Shown: in pieces, positions 1 to 9,248 of the stretch
Position numbering within the stretch: the stretch's first letter is position 1
Layout: every line of letters begins with the position of its first letter
DNA from: a virus
IMG/VR virus record: IMGVR_UViG_3300045988_010345
Length of the DNA stretch: 64,000 nucleotides
Reading direction: 5' to 3' (one strand)
Notes under the pieces: generated by a model
Databases searched by the model: none
What the model saw: the letters and a program-made list of their open reading frames with translations, nothing else
What the model was told of the DNA's origin: nothing
Translations under genes and position numbers: made by a program

Positions 1-633
1 AGAATTGTCATGCTTGTTACTCCATTTATAACCAGCTTTATTGAAAGGCTGATATATCTTTAGAGTAACTTTACCTTCCTTGTGTTCTACATAAGCATAG
101 GCATATTTGTCAGCTCCGAACACATATCTATGACCATTTTTTATGACAATCTTATGAGATATAGGGTAAACCTCTGCATACTTGAGCCATTCTAAAGTTA
201 TACCATAGGATGCCCAATATTCAATATCATAATCTCTCCAATCTCTGACTTTGCACTGCAAGTCTGTGTCCTTATTGTAACTACTTGTACTTCTTACAGC
301 ACAGGGAGTGTATGAATGAATACTGGCACCACCACAGAACTTTGAAATGTCCTCATTAACCCTTGTTAGAACTTCCTTATAACTACAGTTCCACATATGA
401 CCAAGAAGGTCAAATAGACCTCCTCTATCTCTCGTGGATAAGTCTGTATAAAATATTCTTCTACCATTAGTAGAATAAAGACCAAAAGAGGGTCTTCTAT
501 CCTGTCTAAGGGGACTATTTATAATACAAGGAACCTCTGTGACTCCTAAGTAATATGACAGAATGTCTGCCTCTGTCACTTTACTTAGAATATCATCAAG
601 GCTCACAGAAGATTTACCTTTGCTGATTGCCAT
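1..633 (-). CDS. DNA primase, DnaG-like N-terminal part (gene continues past the left edge)
   Basis: Minus-strand frame is open from the ATG at 633-631 down to position 1; it is missing from the ORF track because it is open-ended. My translation MAISKGKSS...ILSYYLG...NSPLRQDRRPSFGLY...GGLFDLLGHMW keeps the spacing of the primase CHC2 zinc-finger region (xPSF, GGxxDxL), but the Cys/His ligands look degenerate. Confidence 0.5.
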   Translation of the reverse strand, partial: MAISKGKSSVSLDDILSKVTEADILSYYLGVTEVPCIINSPLRQDRRPSFGLYSTNGRRIFYTDLSTRDRGGLFDLLGHMWNCSYKEVLTRVNEDISKFCGGASIHSYTPCAVRSTSSYNKDTDLQCKVRDWRDYDIEYWASYGITLEWLKYAEVYPISHKIVIKNGHRYVFGADKYAYAYVEHKEGKVTLKIYQPFNKAGYKWSNKHDNS

Positions 634-654
634 TTTTTTTGCTTTTTTTAATTA

Positions 655-1602
655 CTACTTACCAAAATCCCAAGGTGTACCACCATCATTGCTGGGAGGG
701 AAGGGCATATCACCTGCTGCACCAGAGTTACTGAGGTCTGTAGATTCTACATTATACTCCTTCAAATCACATACAGTAAACTCAGTAGTAGGATATGCAC
801 CAGCAGCCTTTCTTTCCTGCAAGTTTTCATCCAACTTACTGTAATCAGTGGTGATGTTCCTCAAGAACATCTGATTATAAACAGCCTGATACTGCTTGTT
901 ATCATCGGTGGTTTTTACACCAAACAATACCTTAACCCTGTTATTAGGCTGCAATGCAATAACATCTCTCAGCTCCTTGAAATTGCCATTGAAGTACTCA
1001 GCAATGTTCTCAAGTCTTGCTTCACAATCCTCAGGATTGTCTACCATAACCCAGGTATTATTGACATACTTCATTACATTAGGAATGTTGAGGTATGCCT
1101 TGATGAATTTAGTAAGTTCTTCCTCACCAGAATAAGCAGGTCTATAGTCCTTATCAATGTTGGCAGGACCATTCTTATATACAGGAATTTCATGTGCCTT
1201 AGCCTGCTCTACAGTAACCCAAGCAGTTCTACCATACTTATCAATTACCTGTACCTTAGTCTTATCTCTATTGTATCTGTATTCCTTTCTGATGAAGAAA
1301 GGTACCTTAGTAGTAAATTCAATACCACTACACTTCTCAGCATCAGTCTTAACAATGAAGTCAAGTCTGACATTCTGTACCTTGTGCTTATCCTCACCTA
1401 CCTCAACTTCACTCAAATACTCAGGGTCATTTTCAAGCTGGGTATTATACAGCTTCTCCAACTCTGCCTTGTTAGGATTTACAGCCAATACAAATACAGG
1501 AGCCACACCTATATATCTCTTTACTGCATTACCTTCCTTACTCTCTGTTCCTTTACTGAATGCCATGAAAGCATATCCAACTTTTTTATTATTCTTGTTC
1601 AT
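655..1602 (-). CDS. putative ssDNA-binding protein (phage gp2.5-like); function tentative
   Basis: 315-aa ORF next to primase and helicase genes, with an aromatic/acidic C-terminal tail (DGGTPWDFGK). The call rests on position and general resemblance only. Confidence 0.4.
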   Translation of the reverse strand: MNKNNKKVGYAFMAFSKGTESKEGNAVKRYIGVAPVFVLAVNPNKAELEKLYNTQLENDPEYLSEVEVGEDKHKVQNVRLDFIVKTDAEKCSGIEFTTKVPFFIRKEYRYNRDKTKVQVIDKYGRTAWVTVEQAKAHEIPVYKNGPANIDKDYRPAYSGEEELTKFIKAYLNIPNVMKYVNNTWVMVDNPEDCEARLENIAEYFNGNFKELRDVIALQPNNRVKVLFGVKTTDDNKQYQAVYNQMFLRNITTDYSKLDENLQERKAAGAYPTTEFTVCDLKEYNVESTDLSNSGAAGDMPFPPSNDGGTPWDFGK

Positions 1603-1670
1603 ATTCTTATTTTTTTTGTTTCTAAACTAATTACTCTTCAAAAAAAAAGCAGTCTGTCACCAGCTTCTGA

Positions 1671-2114
1671 TTAAAGGTTAGTAGGGTCAAAAGGAGCCTC
1701 TTCACCAGCTTTTACTTCTGTCTCAGGTGCCTTCTCAGTGTCATCTACTGTCTCAGGAGCAACATCTTCAACCTCAGGCTCCTCTGTATGAATCTCATAC
1801 ACATTAGCCTCTTCATTGAATACTACTGTACCAGCCTTAGGCTCATACTTAGTAACCTTTATAGGCTTGCCATCCTTATCAACCTTACCAGTATCTTCTA
1901 CCTTCTTGACAACCAAGTCTTCACTTGTAAGACCACCTGTCAAAGCCTTAACACCCATCTCATGTCCTTCAATCTCCTCAGTCAGAGCATTATACTCTGC
2001 ATTGAGTTCATTAATCTTGGCAGCAATCTTATTCTTCTTTACTACCAAAGGATTAACATTCTGTGCAATTCTTTTTACACCTGCAAACTGTCTTACTGTT
2101 AATGTCTTATTCAT
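1671..2114 (-). CDS. hypothetical protein with acidic C-terminal tail
   Basis: 147-aa ORF packed in the minus-strand gene train. C-terminus is rich in E/D/P (EEPEVEDVAPETVDDTEKAPETE). Confidence 0.6.
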   Translation of the reverse strand: MNKTLTVRQFAGVKRIAQNVNPLVVKKNKIAAKINELNAEYNALTEEIEGHEMGVKALTGGLTSEDLVVKKVEDTGKVDKDGKPIKVTKYEPKAGTVVFNEEANVYEIHTEEPEVEDVAPETVDDTEKAPETEVKAGEEAPFDPTNL

Positions 2115-2126
2115 AATAATTGAACT

Positions 2127-2390
2127 TTAATATAATAAAATACCTCTATTGTTAATACTTAATTTAAACACGTTAAACTTGATAATATAGTAACCAATTG
2201 CAGTTACTATGCAATTAAGAATTATATACATTGGTGATTGAGGTAGTGTTTTAATAAACAAATCAATCTTACTTTTCTCTTTACCTCTTTCCAATAAGAA
2301 CTCTTCTAACATCTGTAACTGACTATTCATATCAAATGGTGTAATACCATATACTTGATTACCAAGTTCTACTGTCTTCTCTCTATCCAT
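2127..2390 (-). CDS. hypothetical small protein with C-terminal hydrophobic segment
   Basis: 87-aa ORF that overlaps the upstream gene by 8 nt. Contains the hydrophobic stretch MYIILNCIVTAIGYYII. Confidence 0.5.
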   Translation of the reverse strand: MDREKTVELGNQVYGITPFDMNSQLQMLEEFLLERGKEKSKIDLFIKTLPQSPMYIILNCIVTAIGYYIIKFNVFKLSINNRGILLY

Positions 2391-3153
2391 AAATCTCTCT
2401 CAATTTATCTACTACTATAGATAAATCATTAGGAATCTCATCAGGAAGGTCATCCAATGCACCAAGGCTGTCTTTAGCAGGATATTCTCCATCAAACTCC
2501 TTGACAAAGTGCTTGACAGGTCTCTTGTTTTCTGCATCATATCCTACCTTGCCAAAGAGGATAATATCAAATTTTCCTTCTGGTGTAATGTAATCATCAA
2601 CCATCTTACCAGTGGTCTTGAACTTATAGGAAATGGAGTCACCATTCTTATCCTTGTACTCCTCATAGTGAGCACAGCAGATGATATTCTTATCCTCAGG
2701 AAGTCCCTTAAAGGCATCAAAGATAAGACCCATTCCATAGCCAATTTGCTTAGGAGTGTCCCATCCACCCTTCATAGCATTAGCCATATAGAAATCCTGT
2801 GCAAGATAATTGAAATCATCAATTACAATGTTCTTGAAAGGAGACTTCTTCAGCATATTTATGAGTTCTGCTATCACTGCAAACCTATCAAGACCTGTAA
2901 GACTATCTACCTGTACTCTGTTACCTGTACCAAGGGCATTTACATTTGTAAGTTTCTGTGTAGGCTTACCTACATTCTCTACTCCAATGCTACCTTCAAT
3001 CAGCTTAAAGTTAGGGTTAGGAACACCCCTACCAATACACTGAATAACATAAGTTTCCTTTGGGTCAAGACCTTTAATGCCTAACTTCTCCCTACCACAG
3101 TAGGAAGTAGTCTTTCCAAAACCACTTTTTGCCAAAACTAAAATTTTTGCCAT
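2383..3153 (-). CDS. P-loop NTPase (RecA/Sak4-like ATPase)
   Basis: Walker A AKSGFGKTT at the N-terminus and Walker B-like NIVIDDF; sits in the replication module. Confidence 0.6.
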   Translation of the reverse strand: MAKILVLAKSGFGKTTSYCGREKLGIKGLDPKETYVIQCIGRGVPNPNFKLIEGSIGVENVGKPTQKLTNVNALGTGNRVQVDSLTGLDRFAVIAELINMLKKSPFKNIVIDDFNYLAQDFYMANAMKGGWDTPKQIGYGMGLIFDAFKGLPEDKNIICCAHYEEYKDKNGDSISYKFKTTGKMVDDYITPEGKFDIILFGKVGYDAENKRPVKHFVKEFDGEYPAKDSLGALDDLPDEIPNDLSIVVDKLREIYG

Positions 3154-3177
3154 TGTTTTTGTTTTATAATGTTACTT

Positions 3178-4383
3178 TTACTTGAAAAGGGCTGCAAATT
3201 TACTAAATAGTTTAGTTATCCACAACTCTTTATCTATTTTACTTATTCCATAGCTAAAAAATGACTTAGCTATCTTTGCTCTCATGTCTTGGAGAGATTT
3301 ATATACGTTCTGTATCTTAGGGTCATCAGCTTTTGGGAGTTCACTGAAATAGTTGGCAGCTCCATCAAAATATAAAGCTATTATACCTCCTGGACTTCCA
3401 CCTCTATTGATAAGCACCTCTAAGAATCTACAGTTATCCCTTAGCTTTGAAATGTCATAACCAAAGTATTCTTTAAGTTCATACTTGAAAGGGCTAAATA
3501 TACCTAAGGCTACATTACAATCTCTCATAGTATACTTTGAATCAGCAGCTCCTGCAACTGTAGGTCTTACTCTATTGAGTTTTATGTTTTCAATACCTTC
3601 ATTTTCAAAGGCTTGCTGTTGTACAATTACAGGACTAAAATTATATCTGTTTCTAAGTATAACACAATACTCACTTAATTTGTCAATACTTTGTTTCAAG
3701 GACATTCCTCTCTCAGTATTAGTCAATGATATATGGTCATAGAATATAATTCTATACTCATCTGGGTCATTAGACTCATACCAATCAAAGGCATCCACAG
3801 TGGTAATTTCTCCTAATTCTCCTTTTATAGTTTGCTTCTTAGTATGTACAATACCATTACTCTCTGCATACTTTCTACATTCATTATATACTCCTGTAGG
3901 ATTTGTAGATGCACTAAATATAACATTACTTTCAAAGAATTTAAGAATATCCAAATACTCGTCCTTTTTGAGTAAGTCTATTATAGTTTCATCTAACACT
4001 TTATTATTCCTGACAGACCTCAAGTCAGTTGGGCTAATTCTTATCTTGTAGCCACTCAATGTGTAGAGCAGATAAGACATGAATCTTGTCATAATATCTT
4101 CAGGAGTTTCCTCCAAAGGATAATAGAATATCTTAACTCTCAGCTTGTCAGGATTATTATAGGCATAAAGTAGAGTATTATATATGAATAAATAAGATGC
4201 TATCTGAGTCTTAGCTGACTTTGTTGAGCCAGTTACAACATAATACTTACCCTGCTCTACTCCCAAGAAATCCTCACTAAATCTAATAAAGGGAGAAGGA
4301 ATAGAGTTTATACCACTATTGATGACTTTCTTTCTTCTCTCTTCAAGACCATTTAATACTCTATTTATAAGACTTTTATCCAT
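3178..4383 (-). CDS. DnaB-like replicative helicase (RecA-fold)
   Basis: 401 aa with a deviant Walker A (VVTGSTKSAKT) and Walker B-like IIFYDHISL. Size and position fit phage DnaB-family helicases. Confidence 0.5.
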   Translation of the reverse strand: MDKSLINRVLNGLEERRKKVINSGINSIPSPFIRFSEDFLGVEQGKYYVVTGSTKSAKTQIASYLFIYNTLLYAYNNPDKLRVKIFYYPLEETPEDIMTRFMSYLLYTLSGYKIRISPTDLRSVRNNKVLDETIIDLLKKDEYLDILKFFESNVIFSASTNPTGVYNECRKYAESNGIVHTKKQTIKGELGEITTVDAFDWYESNDPDEYRIIFYDHISLTNTERGMSLKQSIDKLSEYCVILRNRYNFSPVIVQQQAFENEGIENIKLNRVRPTVAGAADSKYTMRDCNVALGIFSPFKYELKEYFGYDISKLRDNCRFLEVLINRGGSPGGIIALYFDGAANYFSELPKADDPKIQNVYKSLQDMRAKIAKSFFSYGISKIDKELWITKLFSKFAALFK

Positions 4384-4384
4384 A

Positions 4385-4984
4385 CTATCTTAACTCTGTA
4401 TTCCAATCCTTACTTAGAGTATCTTCTTGTCCAGAGTTCTCAATATAACTAATCAATTCTGAGTCTCCTTCAACCTCACCAGCAGCACCAACTTTCTCTT
4501 TGAATATGAAATACTTCAGTAACCTCATATATGTATAGTTCCCATTGAAACCCTCCACATACTTACTGGTTGCCTGTATGATTTGCTCATCAGTATAAGT
4601 ATTTCCATACTTCTTAAAGAATAGCTTCAATCTTCGTACAATTAAAGCTACTCCATCTGCCCAATAATAGTTAGTGCCATCTTTCTTACCTTTAGGGAAT
4701 ATCTCCTTTAGCCTTGTAGCCAACTGAACTAACCTATCATTAGGTTCTTGTTTTTTATCAGAGTCTACAATTACAGAATCTATTACCTCAGTGCCCTTAT
4801 TAGTAAGCCTCCATCCAATCTGCTGAAACAGGTCATTCCTGTTAGCAGTTATATAGCCTTTCTTGATTAGCTCCTTTTGAGCTACATCAAGGTCAGCATT
4901 ATTATGGATAGCAAGCATCAAGAGAGCCTCAGCAAGACTAATATTGTTCTTCTGACACCCTTCTTTACTTAAACATATTGTCAT
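4385..4984 (-). CDS. hypothetical protein between two helicases (possible loader or replication accessory)
   Basis: 199-aa ORF translationally coupled to both neighbours (1-4 nt junctions). No motif recognised. Confidence 0.6.
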   Translation of the reverse strand: MTICLSKEGCQKNNISLAEALLMLAIHNNADLDVAQKELIKKGYITANRNDLFQQIGWRLTNKGTEVIDSVIVDSDKKQEPNDRLVQLATRLKEIFPKGKKDGTNYYWADGVALIVRRLKLFFKKYGNTYTDEQIIQATSKYVEGFNGNYTYMRLLKYFIFKEKVGAAGEVEGDSELISYIENSGQEDTLSKDWNTELR

Positions 4985-6120
4985 AACTTAATGTCATTAA
5001 TACTATCAACACTAATGATAGAATCCTCAGAGTACTCCTCTATCATCTTCTGCACAAGTTCTTCTTCCCTTGTATCCTTGAAATAAGGTATGATGATAAT
5101 AGGGGATTTATGTCTAAGTATTCTACCAACTCTTTGCTTTACTACAATCTCTGAACTATTCAAGTTGCAGAATATACCTATCCTACAATTAGTCAAGTTC
5201 ACACCTTCATTGAGTATGTTACAGGCAGTAATATGCTTAATCTTGTTGAGATTAAACATTTCAAGGTTCTTCACTGAAGCCTTATTCTTTGAGGTGATAT
5301 TATATTTACCCAACCTCTCTGACTGTTCAATACTACTACAAAAAGTCAAAGTCTTGTAATTTCTGAATTTGTCAAGAAGAGATGATACAAGGGCTTCCTT
5401 CTGTTCAGCACACCACTTCAACCTTTTACCTGCTGTTGAAAGCCATAAGTTCTTTATCCTCTCATTTCTTGAGTTAAAGTACTTATTCTTGTACCACTCT
5501 ATAAGTGAAGAGACACTATCATAGTAACCTTTCTGAGTAGTAGTAACCTCCTTACCAAATCTTTTGGTTCTGTATTTACATATAGAATTATCCAAGGTTA
5601 AGGGCAACAGATACACTGTAGGCTCAGGCAATACTTCATCTTCTACAGCCTCTTTAAGACCACATTTAATGACCTCAGCCTTATGGTTGTAGATGAAATA
5701 ATCCCTCATATCTCTCTTGATAGTGGCAGACAATCCAATGAAAGATTCATTAATATTGATAGTCTCCAATACATCAATTCTTGCTTCTGACAAATGCTGC
5801 ATCTCATCTGCCACTACTACATCAAAGCATGAGTTCTCATAATTCTTCAGTGACTCATAGCATTCAATAGTAATATAGTCAGACTTGATACCTCCCCATT
5901 TCTCAATCTCATCCTTCCAAGTCTGTTTATGCACAGTCTTAGCCACAAGGATGAGTATAGTAGTAGGACATCCATCATTTCTGAATACCCTATCACATAT
6001 ATGATTAATAAGGTCTATTGCTACCTTAGTCTTACCCATTCCAGTTATCAACTCAAGTATCAAGTACTTAGCCTTATCTATCTTAGATAAAGCCAAGCTA
6101 TTCACTTCTTCTCTTGTCAT
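4981..6120 (-). CDS. superfamily 2 DNA/RNA helicase (DEAD/DEAH-like)
   Basis: Motif I GMGKTKV, motif II VVADEMQHL, motif III-like GLSAT and motif VI-like QRVGRILR, all in canonical order. Confidence 0.7.
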   Translation of the reverse strand: MTREEVNSLALSKIDKAKYLILELITGMGKTKVAIDLINHICDRVFRNDGCPTTILILVAKTVHKQTWKDEIEKWGGIKSDYITIECYESLKNYENSCFDVVVADEMQHLSEARIDVLETININESFIGLSATIKRDMRDYFIYNHKAEVIKCGLKEAVEDEVLPEPTVYLLPLTLDNSICKYRTKRFGKEVTTTQKGYYDSVSSLIEWYKNKYFNSRNERIKNLWLSTAGKRLKWCAEQKEALVSSLLDKFRNYKTLTFCSSIEQSERLGKYNITSKNKASVKNLEMFNLNKIKHITACNILNEGVNLTNCRIGIFCNLNSSEIVVKQRVGRILRHKSPIIIIPYFKDTREEELVQKMIEEYSEDSIISVDSINDIKL

Positions 6121-6595
6121 TTCTGTTTACAATTCCTTTTAATTTGCTAATGTAGTTAGGGTCTTTTGCATACCCTATGTCTAATAAAAACTTATAGTAA
6201 TCATTCGGAGGTTTATATCTATGTTGCACATAGTCAAGATATGCAACCACGCTCTCAGTCCAATGGTCAAATGTGTGATACCTGTGTTTCTTGCTGTTAT
6301 ACAAGCCAAACAAGTTATTATCATTCAGACATAAGTCTGACTTAAAATGACCAGTTTCAAGTACAGCTTGTGCATAGACTATCTGAGGATGCTCAACCCC
6401 GTAATATTCTAATGCTTCCATCAAACCTTCTTGAGGTGACTTACTAAAGAAGTCTGGCTGCTTCTCTATATTATCTATGTGCAATATCACCTTTATCTCA
6501 GGTGGCTTATTCCCCTTTGAGCAGGAATGCACTTGAATTGCTCCAAGTGCTCCCACTACTAAGGAAATAAGTACATTGAATACTTTCTGCTTCAT
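6098..6595 (-). CDS. secreted lipoprotein with GH73 glucosaminidase/muramidase-like domain
   Basis: N-terminal signal peptide ending in a lipobox-like AIQVHSC. Motif AQAVLETGHFKS...NNLFG matches the GH73 (FlgJ/AcmA-type) catalytic region, including the LE(T/S)G glutamate. Confidence 0.6.
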   Translation of the reverse strand: MKQKVFNVLISLVVGALGAIQVHSCSKGNKPPEIKVILHIDNIEKQPDFFSKSPQEGLMEALEYYGVEHPQIVYAQAVLETGHFKSDLCLNDNNLFGLYNSKKHRYHTFDHWTESVVAYLDYVQHRYKPPNDYYKFLLDIGYAKDPNYISKLKGIVNRNDKRRSE

Positions 6596-6930
6596 ATCTT
6601 CTTACATAATAGATTTTTAACTTTTAGTAATCCTTTTGTGACAATATTGTCTCCTCCCAATGAGAACACATGAGTATAACCTCCACACGCATCTGGGTCC
6701 CACGCTGCATGGATTGCATAATATATGATGAATACAGCAAATAGGATAATGTTAGCTATGGGCAGTAAACCCAGTACAACTATAATAAGTGCCATCCATA
6801 ATGAGACTATAACATTATACTCCTTCTGTAACTTAGCAGGACCATACAATGTATAATACACCTTAACATGAGTATCTTTCAAGATACTCAATGTCAAGAT
6901 GATTATTAATATATCAATAATCCACATCAT
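6592..6930 (-). CDS. integral membrane protein (about 3 TM segments)
   Basis: 112 aa with three long hydrophobic stretches; has 4-nt overlaps with both neighbours. Confidence 0.65.
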   Translation of the reverse strand: MMWIIDILIIILTLSILKDTHVKVYYTLYGPAKLQKEYNVIVSLWMALIIVVLGLLPIANIILFAVFIIYYAIHAAWDPDACGGYTHVFSLGGDNIVTKGLLKVKNLLCKKI

Positions 6931-7712
6931 TTGCTAATATCCTTAAAAATTGTAGGAACCTGTCCATACACAGGCAATTTACCATCCCATTTTTCAATCC
7001 ACATCTTCTCAAGAATTGCAGGAGTAAGAGCCTGTTGTCTCAACTCATTGGCTTTCTTTTCTGCCTCAGCAGCTACAATAAGTTTCTTAGCCTGAGCTTC
7101 TGCCACTTTGACCTCATTCTCTACCTGCATAGCCTGTTGAATAGCCTTGTTCTTGGCATTCACAGACTCTACAATAGTCTGAGGATATTTGAGACCAGAG
7201 GTTAGCTGCTCCAATTGAAAGTTTTCTTTGGCAAGAGCCTGAGTCAAATACTTTTCAATAGCATTCTCAATACTATCCCTCTTACTTACAATATCATCTG
7301 TGGTAAACTTATTAAGTTGGATTCTAAAGGCATCCTTCACATAGTTATATAGAGTACCCTTGATTACCTCACTCAATTCCTTCCTATACTTCCTGAAGAC
7401 AGCAGGTGATTTACCGTCAATAATCTTCAATGATACAGTAGGGTCTACAGTAAACTCAGAACCATCCTTTGCATTGATTGTAAATGGCTCATAGTCAATA
7501 GTCTGTACATAAGTAGGATACTCATATACTGTGGTAGTCCAAGGATTGTACCATACAATACCAGTTACCAAAGAAGCATCATCTACTCCTTTATCATTGC
7601 CATACAGATTTACCTTGATGCCTTCACAACCTGCATCCACCTTCTCCATACATGATGTCATTGAGAACACCATAAACAGGGACAGAAGTCCCAAAATCAA
7701 TTTACTTTTCAT
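6927..7712 (-). CDS. SPFH/band-7 (prohibitin/stomatin-like) lipoprotein
   Basis: The internal ATG at 7712 gives MKSKLILGLLSLFMVFSMTSC (signal peptide plus lipobox); the track ORF extends to 7781. The C-terminal Ala/Glu-rich helix (VKVAEAQAKKLIVAAEAEKKANELRQQAL) and the preceding fold pattern are typical of SPFH domains. Confidence 0.6.
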   Translation of the reverse strand: MKSKLILGLLSLFMVFSMTSCMEKVDAGCEGIKVNLYGNDKGVDDASLVTGIVWYNPWTTTVYEYPTYVQTIDYEPFTINAKDGSEFTVDPTVSLKIIDGKSPAVFRKYRKELSEVIKGTLYNYVKDAFRIQLNKFTTDDIVSKRDSIENAIEKYLTQALAKENFQLEQLTSGLKYPQTIVESVNAKNKAIQQAMQVENEVKVAEAQAKKLIVAAEAEKKANELRQQALTPAILEKMWIEKWDGKLPVYGQVPTIFKDISK

Positions 7713-7746
7713 GTTTTCTTCTTTTAATTTAGTTAAATACTTTGTT

Positions 7747-8013
7747 TTACAACTCATCAAATTCTCTCTGAACCTCATCAATTCTTTTATTAATCTTTGC
7801 TATAGCAAGAAGTTTCACTTCATTAAAATTAATGAAGGAGTCATCTATACTTATAACATCTCTACCATAGTTTGTTGTAGTGTAGACTTCTAAACGAAAG
7901 ATTTTCTCTCCCTTCTCCCATCTTTGCCTTTGGTCTTTAAGATAGGATAATTTCTTGAGCAATTCCTCACCTTTCTTCACTTTTTCCTCAGTCATTCTCT
8001 TTGAATTTTTCAA
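7747..8013 (-). CDS. hypothetical protein (coiled-coil-like)
   Basis: 88-aa charged ORF in the gene train. Confidence 0.55.
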   Translation of the reverse strand: MKNSKRMTEEKVKKGEELLKKLSYLKDQRQRWEKGEKIFRLEVYTTTNYGRDVISIDDSFINFNEVKLLAIAKINKRIDEVQREFDEL

Positions 8014-8182
8014 TAGCTGTTAAACACTTTGTCTTGATTGAAATAAGTATTGTAGCCACAAACATTAAAAATCCAATCACATTTTCAATGCTATTGGATG
8101 CACTAATCATACTAAGACTCAGGTTGAGTATCAATATAAATAGGACAAACCAAAGTGCTATTACAAGAATCTTTCTTTCCAT
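7988..8182 (-). CDS. small membrane protein
   Basis: 64 aa with two hydrophobic segments. Confidence 0.5.
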   Translation of the reverse strand: MERKILVIALWFVLFILILNLSLSMISASNSIENVIGFLMFVATILISIKTKCLTAIEKFKEND

Positions 8183-8315
8183 AGATAATGATTATAACCA
8201 ATCTTTCTTGTTTACAAACAACCTAATCCACTCCACAGGTGGATAGTTGGCTGATGGGCAAATTACCTCATTCATGCTTTTTTTTGTTAAACTTATATGC
8301 TTAGTCAGTGAGACT

Positions 8316-9065
8316 TTAGTCTCCTTCTTTAGTCAGAAATACATAGTTAGGCAATTCCCGACCTCCCCACTTGTATTCAGAGTAGGTGATAAAGATTGGG
8401 TCAATATATTCTTTTCCATCTTGACTTCCATATATACGGAACTCAACACCCATACCTACCTCTGCTATTTTGGTAATCCCCACATAAGAATAAGATGCCA
8501 TATAGTCTGACTTTGCAACTACATATACTGTAGCCTTCCTTGTCTTATATAAACCAGTTGAGATGTAGAATGTACCAAGAAGTTGCTTCTCATGTGTCTC
8601 CTTAGCTCTCTTACATATATCATACAACCTTCTCTTGCTTGGAAGACTCTGAGTATTAAATTGCTGTAACATAAGAGGTGATGGAGCACAAGAACTTTCA
8701 GGCTTCTTGCCCCTCTTCTTGTAGTTAATGATGCCATTAGATAAGTAGAATCCCCCTCTATAACCTATGTTCTCTTTCTCTTTGAACATATCATAGAACC
8801 ACTCTTTAAGATTATACTTCTCAGTGCCTCTTCTGCACCTCTGCAAGAACTCAGAAAATACTTTATCTACTGGTCTGCCTACATTCTTTAACAGGAATTT
8901 ATGCAAATCTCCGTGGAAATAATGATAACTATCATCATACCAATTATGGAAATACCATCCAGCAGCTTTCTCACTGCCTCTCTTTAATATTCTCTTTCTT
9001 GGGTACTTCTTAGCCCATCTTGATTTCTTTCCATTACTATTTCTATTAAGAGTAAATTCTATCAT
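8316..9065 (-). CDS. hypothetical protein (basic, aromatic-rich)
   Basis: 249-aa ORF; no family recognised. Confidence 0.65.
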   Translation of the reverse strand: MIEFTLNRNSNGKKSRWAKKYPRKRILKRGSEKAAGWYFHNWYDDSYHYFHGDLHKFLLKNVGRPVDKVFSEFLQRCRRGTEKYNLKEWFYDMFKEKENIGYRGGFYLSNGIINYKKRGKKPESSCAPSPLMLQQFNTQSLPSKRRLYDICKRAKETHEKQLLGTFYISTGLYKTRKATVYVVAKSDYMASYSYVGITKIAEVGMGVEFRIYGSQDGKEYIDPIFITYSEYKWGGRELPNYVFLTKEGD

Positions 9066-9247
9066 ACTTCAAACAGTTTTATGTAAGCTCTCTCACACTC
9101 CCCACTCCAATACCATTTGTTATACCATAATAGCACAATGTATTTATTCCTTGATGTGATTATATCAATCTTAGGAGAATACTTATTATACATTACAGTA
9201 ATCCAAATACATAGCATAATGAGGAGTAACACATTAAATGCTATCAT
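9062..9247 (-). CDS. small membrane protein
   Basis: 61 aa with an N-terminal TM segment; 4-nt overlap with the downstream gene. Confidence 0.5.
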   Translation of the reverse strand: MIAFNVLLLIMLCIWITVMYNKYSPKIDIITSRNKYIVLLWYNKWYWSGECERAYIKLFEV

Positions 9248-9248
9248 A

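Noticed and set aside
563-2130. Plus-strand track ORFs (563..844, 896..1135, 1157..1630, 1192..1674, 1788..2102, 1816..2130) antisense to the SSB-like gene and its neighbour. Similar antisense ORFs occur throughout, for example 2509..3084, 14909..15337, 37161..37403, 41226..41657 and 55141..55524.
   Set aside because: They lie entirely inside longer, motif-bearing or tightly packed genes on the opposite strand and have low-complexity Ser/Leu/Phe-rich translations typical of antisense frames in AT-rich DNA. The whole left arm is otherwise minus-strand and the whole right arm plus-strand.
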